Assembly: GCA_030704615.1 (NCBI GenBank)
Contig: CM060731.1
Location: 87,730,001 to 87,794,000 of the forward strand
Direction of reading: 5' to 3'
Origin: Takakia lepidozioides
Lineage: Eukaryota; Plantae; Bryophyta
DNA: 64,000 nucleotides
Shown piece by piece: positions 37,600 to 48,844 of the stretch; position 1 is the stretch's first letter; each line of letters starts with the position of its first letter. Made by a program: the position numbers and the translations under genes. The notes beneath the pieces are model-generated. The model was not told the origin of the DNA, made no database searches, and worked only from the letters and a program-made list of their open reading frames with translations.

Positions 37600-40500
37600 T
37601 CCCATGTGCACTTTGCCTTAAGAACAGTGATTATAGGTATTGAAACATCAATGCAAGCATCCACAGGTTGAACTTCCTCACAGGCAAAGTCGGAGTCCAG
37701 CTCCTTGTCAGACGTCTCCCCTGTATCAATATCACCGGGAAGGGGCTTCGGAAGGACTTGAGAAGTGTGTCCACCCAAACCCATCAGGAGGTTCTTGTAA
37801 ATTTTGGCATCCCCTTCAATCCCGAGGAGATGTCGCGCACTGGCCTTGCAAGCATGGTACGAAGCACCTGCAATGGAATAGAAGGAAGGAAATAGACATT
37901 GAAGACTCATTTGGAACGGTGGGAAGTGCTGAAAGTACAAGCTCAAACAAACCCGATCAAATATGAATGTTGAAGAGACGAACCTGTGCCCATTGACAAA
38001 TCCAGAACTCTGGCGTCGGTGTAGGTGCAGCACTCCACAATCGTTTGAATGAAAGCCGGGCTCCTCTCTCTGGCCCCTCTCCAAGGAGCCCGATTCCCCC
38101 TTCGCAAGCACACATTCCACGTAGTTGTGGTGCATGTCATCCGTGGGAGGATCTGTCCTCTCGTCTATGAACTTGCCCCCATGAGTGATGGCAAACTCTC
38201 TAATGACGGCTGGAGTCGTAGGTGGATGCACTTGGACGAGACAAACAGCTTCAAACAGATGAGTCTGCGAACAGGACATCCACAAGGAACTAAGAAGCTT
38301 GAAAATCAGGCCCCTACATATTCATTTGAGCGACTTATGCAACTCCATCCGAGAACCACCAAGAAGAGGAATAAGAAGGCAGATTTACCATCTCTCCCGG
38401 ACAATCCCCCTTCGTCAGGTACATGCTGTTCACATAATTCCACGTCTTCATGACACTCATACCGGAGGCTTTCAAATAGCTGGCAAGTGCCCGGCGACAG
38501 CGAAGGTCGATGGACTGGATGAGCACCAAAACACCTGCATTGGACAGAAAGAAATTGCAAAAGGAGAAAACCCACCGCCAGTAGCGCTCATTAAAAGCAT
38601 TCCAACCTGGACAAGCACCCGCTGGAGGGAGATCCGGGACTGGCAACCCATCAGGGATGTCCAAGATGATGAGTTCGGCTACATATGGCTTCTCCTTCCC
38701 GTTCACCCAGGATTTGGTAATTTTAGCCTGTAAACAAGCATGCAATGGAATGCTCAAGAGGATTGAAACGAGCCATGCCCGCAACACACAAGAAACAAAA
38801 GACAACACGCACCGTGCCGAGGGACTCCACAATCCTCTCCCACACTGGTGATGGATCGCCCTTGTAATCAGATTTCTTGGACTCCATCATGGCAAGGAAC
38901 CCAACATTGGCCATCTCCAACCTGGTAGGGTGAATGACCCTCGTGGGATGCTCCATTGCATGGTACGGGTCCTTAGGATCAACCATCCCCTTGTTCTTTC
39001 TCCCGGATCCCCTACCATGCGGTGGAGTCTCTTTGGTCTGCTGGACATCCGCCGCAGGGCCAGTTTCTGCAACACTTCCCTGCCCACCTACCTGCCCTTG
39101 CGCTCCCTTCCCCCTACCCCTTCCTTTCCCCACACCAACAACAACATCCTTTCCCTTTGCCTTTCTACCTTTACCCGGGGTATCCTAAGCGGGAGGCTCC
39201 TTCTCTGCAAGTGTCCTCAAATTTCTATCATGAATCTCGAGGTTGGCAGCTACGGCGGTGGCTGCTACACGCTCATTCTCTCTCCTCAAAGACACCTCCT
39301 GCATTGGGGTCTCAGAAACAGGGCAATCCAAATACCAACCACAGGCAGAAAGATGGTCTGGGCCCCAGTCCTGCAAGATCCCCATAGTAAACATGGTCTG
39401 GTTGCTAGCAGAACTAGCCACAGGTCCACGAAATCAGGTTGTTTGTCCAAGCAGTTATCTGCCATGAGAACATACTTTATGTACATGCAGGCATAGAGAC
39501 AGCCTCATTATGCAATGCAACTATTGTCTCCCAGCTTTTCCACCACATCATGAAGACCTCCTAAAAGAGTATGCGGCACCGCACACTGCAACCACCGCAC
39601 ACAAAATAGCCTGAAGGGCCCAGGGTGTGCACGTTGGTGTTACTACACACGGATAGAACAAATGAGTGTGCGGCACTGCACACTCATATGAGCCAGCACA
39701 AAATAGGTTGGATGGAGGAGTGTGTGCCTTTGCAAAACAAAGAAGCATAGTCCATTTCGCACCTGTAAAGGCATCGTTTCCAGGCTTCCTCTCCTTTCTC
39801 TTGCTGGTCGAGCTCATTTGTTCAACTGATGCCACCCTCCTTGTTGAACTCCCTGAAGAAACAAGATTGCCACACTGTGGCTCTCCATTTTTGCATGTAT
39901 GCTTGGAAGGAGACCGTTGGTGCTGTCATGGTGATGCCATAGTCAGCCAGCTGCGTATGTAGAACAGACTGGGCCCTTTCCTCCAACTGCAAAACAATTC
40001 GAATGCAAGAATGAACCAGCCACTGTAACATGGAATGAGAACGACGGAAAGCGAAATGAAAGTGACATAGCAAATGACATCATACCTGGCTCCAGTAAGT
40101 GGCCTTGTGAAGCCATGTGTCCATCAAATTGTCACTGACGGGAATGACACGCTGGGTCTTCTTCTCTTTCTCCGGCCTGGGGAACATGTGGGTATCCCTA
40201 ACAGTTGGATCGGAGTTCCATATCTGTAGCCACTTCACCTTTTGTTCTGAAGACACAACGGCGGTAGACAACCTGTGCAACTTCTCCTGGGCCATCTCCG
40301 GCTTGCCTGGTTTGTTGAAATGGTTTTTCACCTCTTGAAGAAACTGTGGTCCGAAGGATGGGTCGGCAATTCTCAACTGCTTTACAAAAGCACTTTCGCA
40401 CTTCTTGTATGTCTCTGCTAAAAAAGGATGGTCTTGAAGTTGGTCAAGGGCATCTAGCCAATCCTCTGTATCCTGTACAGAGTGTGAACCAGACTCGTTT

Positions 40501-41215
40501 TCACATGCGATGTCTCTGTCCCTCTGCAGAATGACGTGTGAAAGTCAGAATGAAATTCAAGAACCGACAACAGAGCACTGGAACCAAAGACCCACGGAAC
40601 CACAACTGGAACATGTAGAATGAAAAACCAACCTATTCACATCATTCATTGCCGTCAGAAGACCCATCATGTTCCCGTCACAATCCAGCACCATCGTTCA
40701 AACAAAGTAATGCCACTCTTCCTCCTATGAGTGCAGCCTCCCAATGACAGCCATCCATGCAAGCAACCGGTGGTTGCCATCCCATACGTGAAACATCTTC
40801 CTTGAGAATGCTTGGGTCGAAGGTTTCCTAGAGAGAAGAAGTTCGAAGGATTCATTCACCTGTCTCCAAATGGGATCCCAAGAGTCCACGATTGACTCAT
40901 CCGCAATGAGCTCTTTGCCTCTGGAATCCCTAGTAGAAACGTAAAAGACTGCGGATCCATCCAAATACCCATGAACAAACTCGGCCTCCAGCTTCTAGAT
41001 GTCCTTGATGAGGGGTGGACGAACGACGGGCATGAAAACCAACCTACACAGGGGAATCTTCAACCTCCCACCCGGGGCAAGCATACTTTGCACCATAAGC
41101 TGAGAATTTACCTTCTGACCCCCCAGCATCCCCGCGGCTTTGCTTTCATCGAACTCATCGTCCACTCAACAATGATCTCCTTTTCCTGCCCTTAAGGGTT
41201 CTCATCCTCCACCCT
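37600..41215 (-). pseudogene. Multi-exon ParB/Srx-like domain + beta-class N4C/N6A-type DNA methyltransferase, copy A
   Basis: ParB-like exon ~41215-40634: IPLCRL..VRP..VWDGNHRLLAW. MTase exons: 38727-38389 (AELIILDIPDG, FLSNAGVLVL), 38264-37984 (RERSPAFIQTIVECCT..RVLDLSMGT), from 37867 (GASYHACKASARHLLGIEGD). GT-AG introns. Confidence 0.8.
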
Positions 41216-41419
41216 TTGCATCTTCTCTTGCAGGGATGTTCATTCAAATTGACATAAGAGAGAGGCCAGAAACAATGTGCAGTGTCGAGCACTGTACAGA
41301 GCTTCAAACACATATCAAATAGAACATTTGATAGGGGTTTCAAGAAATGTACCCAGAGTGACTATTCTGTGCTTACAGGTTGATTGAGTTGGGTGAATAA
41401 AATACAACGGGGCTGAGAC

Positions 41420-42088
41420 ATGATAGACTGGCCTGGTGTGTTACATTTTGACATCAAAAATTGGCAAAAAAGAGGGGCACAAACAGTGTGCGGTGCCGCA
41501 CACTGTTTGGTGCTTCCAATTAGGTGTGTTTTGAACCTGGCAGACACTGCTGGTGTGGTTCATTTTGACATACAACAAAACAAAGAAGAGGGGCACAAAC
41601 AGTGTGCATTGCCGCACATTGTTTCGTGCTTCCAAATAGGGGTTGAACATGACAGACTGCCCTTGTGGGGCACATTTTCACATCAAAAAACAAACAAAAA
41701 GGGGGGCACAAACAGTGTGCGTTGCCGCACACTGTTTTGTGCATCCATCTAGGTGTGTTTTGAACATGGAAGACACTACTGGTGTGGCATTTTTTGACAT
41801 AAAAAACAACCAAAAAGGGGGGCACAAATAGTGTGCGTTGCCGCACACTGTTTCGTGCTTCCAATTAGGGGTGTTTTGAACATGGCAGACTGGCCTTGTG
41901 TGGCAAATTTTGACATCAAAAATAAGCAAAAAGGGGGGCACAAACAGTGTGCGTTGCCGCATACTATTTCGTGCTTCCAATTAAGGGTGTTTTGAACATG
42001 ACAGACTGCCCTTGTGGGGCACATTTTGGCATCAAAAAAGAAACAAAAAGGGGGGGCACAAACAGTGTGCGTTGCCGCACACTGTTTC
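41420..42088 (-). repeat. Array A, remainder (inverted relative to 8280-9426)
   Basis: ~6 units of the same ~117-bp hairpin repeat; cut after ACTGTTTC. Confidence 0.95.
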
Positions 42089-42317
42089 CAGGGTTGCACA
42101 CGTCAGTGACGTCAAGTCACGTCGGACCTGACGCTGACGCGACCAACGTCACGTCAGTTTTGCCGAAAAATCAGTAAAACATGAGTTAGGTGAAAAATAT
42201 ACCACGTAGGTGGACACGTTGTATTCCAAGCGACACCTTGGCAAGTGAATGAATTGTTTTATAAATTACTCCATCCGCCAATATTTGAGGTCATTTTTAA
42301 ATCATTATTGTTAAATT

Positions 42318-42765
42318 GGTGCGACCTCCAAATGGTGGTGGTCGCAGAATTTATCTTATTTAGTTGCGACCACCAACAGAGGGGTTGTCGCAACATTTTT
42401 TGTTTTTAAAAAATAGATGCGACCACCAGCAGGGGTGGTCGCACAATTTTTATTTTATTTGTAATAGGTGCGACCACCATCAGGGGGTGGTCGCAACATT
42501 TTTCTATTTTTTAATATATGCGACCACCAACATGGGGGTGGTAGCAACATTTTTCTGTTTTTTTAATAGGTACGACCACCAGCAGGGGGGTGGTTGCAGC
42601 ATTTAAAATAATAATAATAATAATAATAATCTCTGTGACCACGAGCATGGAGATGGTCGCAACATTTTTCTTTTTTTTAATATTTGCGACCACCAGCAGG
42701 GGGGTGGTCACAGCAATTTTCTGTTTTTTAATATTTGCGACCACCAGCATGAGGATGGTCACAGC
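42318..42765. repeat. Subterminal palindrome array, ~9 units, ~51-bp period
   Basis: TGCGACCACCAGCAGGGGTGGTCGCA variants with T-tract spacers. Confidence 0.9.
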
Positions 42766-42867
42766 AGTTTTTTTTTAAAAATAACATACGACTTCCTCGT
42801 GCGACCTGGAGCGATCGCAACATTGGATTCTGATTCGTCGAACGTGTGAGGCTTGGAGGCTGGAGGG

Positions 42868-42874
42868 TATATAA
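42868..42874 (+). promoter_or_regulatory. Putative TATA box of transposase
   Basis: TATATAA just inside the palindrome array. Confidence 0.45.
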
Positions 42875-43184
42875 GGTGGTCCCAATGCCCCTCAATTCTT
42901 TTGCGGCGAACACTTTTGTGGCGAATGAATGTTCTCTATTCCTTGAGCAAGAGTGTAAGTCCAAGAGGAGGGTGCTGACCGTTTGCTGTTGTGGCTTCCA
43001 CCAGACCCACTGCAGCAAATAATTGAAAAGCACAATACTACATGGTGCATTGATCCACTTGGATTGATGCCGTAGTGTTGGGCCATCGCATTCTGTTCTC
43101 TTCTATTGCTCTTGACAAATCTACCAAGTACACTAGTGTTCTTCGTTCAACCTTAAGTCTGTGGTTAGGGTTTTGGGTGTGAGG

Positions 43185-45130
43185 ATGAGGGAGGAGTGGA
43201 TCCCTTGGTTTACCATAGACCCGCACAAAAAGGACGATGTTCAATGCAATTTATGTGCATTGAAGTTGGCGGGTTGCAAAGATCGCATGTTATATCATCT
43301 CGGCTATAGAGATGGGAAGAATGCAGGGGTTAGTTTGTGCCCAAAAGCCTCCATGCGAGTGAAAGCCCACTTTGCCCAATGTGGAGGCAATATCCCACCG
43401 TCTCTTGATGTAGCCGCAGGTTCTGAGCCAAACACTCCAGGTTCGAATCAAAATGTCCCTTAGAGTTGTACCCAGGGGGATTCTTGCGAGGCGTCTGCTG
43501 TTCGTGGAGAAGCCGGTGGGTCAGGAGCAACACCCGATTGTACGCCAGCACTTGTACGGACCAGACCATTGAGGCAACAATCAATGCAAGAAGGCTTAAA
43601 TTTGTTGCACAGGAGGACTCTGGATAAGAAGTGGGCCCAATTTTTCTACGAGGCCAATATTCCGTTCAATGTCTCGAGGCTTCCTGCGTTTGTGGTTGCT
43701 GTCAAAGCCACGTCCGATTCCAAGTCCACATACACACCTCCGAGTTATCGCGATCTCCGCACATGATTGCTAGAAGAGGCTATGTCTGACCTCACCCAAA
43801 AGGTGAATGAAAAGACAGGTGATTCTCTCCGGAAATATGGAAGCACTATATGTGCGGACGGTTGGAATTTTGTTACTAATTGACCATTGTTCAATGTCAT
43901 GCTGGTCTGTCCTGCGGGGAAACAATTTTTGGGATCCGTTGACACAAGCGGGGAGAGAAAAGATGCACGTTATCAAGCAGGGTTGTTGACAAGTTTCATC
44001 GATAAAATTGGAGCCTCATCTATATTACCAAGGGTGTGCTGCTCATATCTTTAATCTCCTTTTGGAGGATTGGGGAAAAGAATCATGGATGAAACAACTA
44101 GTAAAAAGGGCAAAGTCGGTTGTGACGTTCATTTGTACACATCACATCCCTCTGGCATTGTTTAGAAAGCATGAACCCAAATACAGCCTTAGGAACCCGG
44201 ATGAAACCCGCTTGCCACAAACTTTTGATGGTGGATCGACTGGTGACTGTGAGGGCGGGTCTGGAGCAGGTGATCATTGACCCTCAATGGGATGCGTATG
44301 TTGGCACCTTACGCGACTCTCGTAAGTCCAAGTCTTTGAGCAAAAGTCAGAGGGTCCGCGCAATCATTCGCTCCGACAATTTCTAGGCGAAATGTGCAAA
44401 TTTTGTGTACATGGTGGAGCCGGCGTTGATTGTTTTGCGGAGTTTTGATGGAAAACAACCAATAATGGATAAAGCATGGTTGATATTGGAAAACCTTGAG
44501 AAGCACGTGCAATCCTTGAGGCGTCCTCCATTTTCTATGGACGATGATTTGGCGGCAAGGACCGAGGATGCATTTTACGACCGCAAACGGATGGTTCGCA
44601 CGGACTTGCATTATGCGGGGGCCTTGCTGAATCCATTCTTGCTGGACAATACGGATTTGAGAGACGATGTGGATGCCAAAGCCAGGCTTGTACGGATCAT
44701 CATGCAACTCGCCCCTGAACATGTAGAAAGTAGTAGAGCGAGCTTTGTCCGAGTACCAGTGCTTCTCGGATCGCCAGAATCCTTCCATGACATGCCGGAT
44801 CCAAAAGCAATGAACATGTTGCCACATGAATGGTGGGATCTGATTGGAGCTGGAAGCAAGAACGTTAGCTCCCATTGCAAAGCGTATTCTTGCTCAAGTG
44901 TGCTGTGCCTCGTCCTGTGAGCGGAACTAGAGCAGTTACTCGTTTGTTCACAACAAGATTCACAACAGGTGAATCCTGCCAGGGCTGACAAATGGGTTTA
45001 TGTCTACACGAATTGTAGGCTACTGCGAGATATGACAGCAAGTGACGCATCTGCATGGTACGAGAAGAATCTGTTGTCTGAGAATCTGCCTCAGAGGTCC
45101 AATCTAGCAACAATGATGACACCGACGCCG
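43185..45130 (+). pseudogene. hAT transposase (BED finger, DUF659-like region, dimerisation domain) with stops and frameshifts
   Basis: W..VQCNLC..RMLYHL..C; FFYEANIPFNV; CADGW; GCAAHIFNLLLED; LHYAGALLNP; HEWWDLIG; SSCERN*S. Confidence 0.92.
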
Positions 45131-46269
45131 CGAGGGACTCCGAACTCCGACGGTTGGGATGGGTCCAATGATGTGGGCAATCCTCCACATGACCCATATG
45201 AATTAATGACGATGATGCTGCGCAATGCATCCATCCTTCGATGACCTTGTTGTTGATGAATTGCGACATGATGTCATCCCAATTGCAGACCCCCTTCCCC
45301 CAGTGGAGCACACTCTCAACAATGAAGTTGAGATCAACTCTCCCCCACCACGAGTTCCACGGACTGGGGAGATGTGCAGGTCGAATTCTCGGATGATGAC
45401 AAACGGCCGTTGTCATTCCTTCACCGACATCGTGCCCCTGTGAACCGTGCTCATCTCACGCCGCTCCATCTCATGTTTCTCTTTCTCAAGCGCGGTCCAT
45501 CCATGCTGGTCCATCTAGTCTCTCTCCCCTTATGTAATTCCTTCCATTGCTACTCCGATCCTGGGAGATGCTTCTTCTACTGCGGGACTTCTGCAAGTCG
45601 AACAATCGGCTGACGACGACCGGCCATGGTCATTTCATCTGGCCGACGACGTCCGCATGTGAACCGTGCTCCCTCGACCCTCGCGGGTCCATCTCATGCC
45701 CCTTCCTCTCATGTCAGCCCCTCTGATGTACATGCGAGTAGCCTTCCTCATACGAGACCTGCTCCAAGGCCACCACAAAATCCAGGACAAGCCCAGAAAC
45801 GACAGATAATTGTGCAACCTTTTGTTGGTGACCGACCTGTGAACAGGCCTGATACCCTAGATGGTATTCATGATAGGAGTGGAAATCGACCAGAGAGACA
45901 ACTGAACGTACTCCGAGGACGACTACAGGTCCAACGGCCAGTTGCCTCTGGAAATGAAAGAACAGATGGAGATCATGATTCTAGCACTGATCATGAGAAC
46001 GGGGGTGAAGTGAGTGGGGACGAAGATTTTGGTACTAGGCGTGAGATCATACATCGTCGTCGTGCCAGACGGAACTAGGTACTACTATAACTTTTGTCAC
46101 ATGATGTGTAGTATGTTTCCATGGATATCCATGTTTCAGTTTGGGTACATGCATACGTGTACGGAAATAAAAATGGTGGAATATGTGTACCCAAGAAAGG
46201 GTTCGGTGGTTGTGCATGTGTTTGTGTTTCGTCATTACCTTTACATTGTTGATTTCCTATTATGGTTTC

Positions 46270-48500
46270 GAAAGCTACGACATATATAATGACTCCAACA
46301 TTCTTGCGGAACCAGGTTGGGAAGTTTGGAAGTTGGGGCAGCAGTGGTCGCTTGGTGAGTGCAGGAAATTTGTGGACTGGTGTCACATAAATGTTTGTGG
46401 CCCAGAGATAGGCATGATCCACAAACCAAACAAAATCAAGCTAGCTTGCATTCCTGCGCCAACCCGCATTTCCGCCACAGGGCAGAGGAGGTACATACAA
46501 CATCGTGGGGTCAACCGCTCATCAACAACAAGGTCCCGTATTTATTTACGGCCATGTTGTACACAGAGTTGATTTTATTGCGACCAGTGGATTGACAAAC
46601 TGCCACTGCGAGACAGCGTACTAGACTATACATGTTCTCTGATATCCCAGACTTGTATATACATCAGGGGTAGGACATCATACGGTTGGATGGAAACGAC
46701 GAGGTGGAAGAAAGAGGAAATGCGGATAGAAACGACGATGTGGAAGAAGGAGGAAAGGCAGACCAACCTCCAGATGATATGCCGCAACAGATCTCCGCAG
46801 CCGGGCCTTCAACGTCTGAGGTGGAGGGGGGCGAGGTACGCTCTCCGTTGGAGGAACAGTTGGCCGCACATGAACAACACATCAAGGACCTGCAGGACAT
46901 TGTTCATTTGCAACGGTGGCAAATAGCAAAGTTGCTGAAAAGAATGGGGTTGGGGACTCTCGACGGCATACGCGGTGTGCTTCAGGACCCGAGGCCAATC
47001 ACCAACGAGCAAGACATATTGACGCGTTTGAATATGCCACCAATGGACATTGACCGCGTCATCGACGGGGTTGACTCAATCGGGCATGATGAAGTGCAAG
47101 CGCCTGAACTCAACCGGGCGAGGGCAAGAAAAGGGAAGGACCCCATAGTGGAAACTAGGGAATATTCAGCCGTGCAAATTACATCGGCCCAAGAACAAGA
47201 AGTAGAGCAGCTTGTGGGGGAACGCGAGCAAGCTAGGGCTGTTGCATATTGGTAATCAAATGCCATGCAAATCCGATCATGGCCATGGTTGAAGGGGAAT
47301 TGGCGGAATTGGGTGACATGGGCGGGCCATCTAGCACGCGGGGAAAACACGGATAGAAGAAGCGTTGTCCTCCCTCCAACGTGCAGCAGGTTTGTCGAAT
47401 CGAAGTGTAAATAGCATCTATGTTAATTTGCAAAGGCACGACATTGTGCGTGATGTATTCACGTCGAAGTACACTGGATTCACCACATGGGGTGATGTGG
47501 ATGCCATGTTTGAGCATTGTGTGCATACAATTTCCGATACCAATAAGAGCATAAACTAGGATTTGGAAGTAGAGGAGGATGGGACATACAGGCCGAGGAT
47601 GTCATCCTACATTCATGAGGATAACGGACGTGGATACCACGGAGCAATCCAGCGGTCACGGGTAACAGATGGTACGGTGTGCACAATGTGCCTAAACCTT
47701 ACGGACCGGAGGGATGCTATATGCTTGGTTAATGTGGCCATTTGTTCCATCCCACATGTCTCATATCGGCAGCCATGCGAGCAAGCCAATGCCCTGACTG
47801 GCGTGGACCAATCCATCGTATGAGTTGTTTGGGTTGCAAAACAATATGCCCACGGGATACGAGTACAACCGGTACAACATGCCATTGGATGTATCGCCTA
47901 CGATTTTTTAAATTGGCAGCACGGGGGGAGACAATGACATGGGATGCTCCAAGAGAGATGCATGCCTTGGATGCGAAGACGTTAACTAGGGTTAAAGATC
48001 CGGTGACCCTTTGGGTGACATCCAACTGGGAAATAAACGTTGCGTGCTAGAGGCATACGGGACCCAGTCCAAAGGGAGTTTTTTTGCCGGAACTTGGGAG
48101 GGCATTAGAGCTGTACCAGACAAAGATTATTCCGATTGCCTGAGGATCCGTGGGTGCCAGCGGAAATGTATATTTTAAAATTTAAGCGACCGCCCGTATG
48201 GTGGTCGCTATTGTCGACCCATACAATCGCGAACCGATTGGGAGAGACCTATTTCTGAGGGAGTTGGAGGCCGCTAGCATCCGTTGGGAGGATATGAATG
48301 AAGACGTACTGGGTGCCTCGTTGGGATGAAGGGCCATTTCTTCCAGAGTTGCGCAGAGACCCCCAGCAGGAGGAGGTATTGGACAATTTCAAGGCTGCCA
48401 TCACGAGTATTATAAAGTATTGGCAGAACACATGGCGTAACCAAGTTGCCCCTATTCCAGGGGTGTTCTTGCCACTTCAAAAATATCGGATTTAATTGAA
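46270..48500 (+). pseudogene. Coiled-coil + RING-H2 protein (paralog of 5190-7390)
   Basis: VCTMCL..CGHLFHPTCL..SQCPD; collinear with the minus-strand copy. Confidence 0.7.
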
Positions 48501-48844
48501 AATTGCATGAAGCCGTAGCAAGAGCGATACACCCGGCTTTGGCAAATGTGGAAGAGAGTCAGCACTCGCCTGGAACGCTACGCATGATGGCAAGGGTGGA
48601 CCACCACAACACGGGTCCCCTTTGACACTCGAGCTCTCCGTACTGGTGGAGGCACGTCCTCTACACCCGGAGCATCTTCATCAACATCTGGAGATGACGA
48701 CAACGAAATAATAAATTTAGATGAGAGATATGACTAGAAAGGCTAGAAACGTAGGGAGTAGGCAAAGGTCTCAGGTTGCGAAAACTTAAATGTGCAACCC
48801 CCTGTATAGTCTACGTAATTTTTGGAAATACGAGGTCATCCTTG

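Noticed and set aside
37293-41215. Bacterial contamination as source of ParB-MTase
   Set aside because: GT-AG introns, one shared between two copies, and contiguity with plant transposons.
48791-48804. TGTGCAACCCCCTG as right TIR of the 42089 element
   Set aside because: Resembles rc of CAGGGTTGCACA but is not followed by ACTGTTTC and lacks subterminal arrays; 9427 fits the TSD. Not fully excluded as an internal end.
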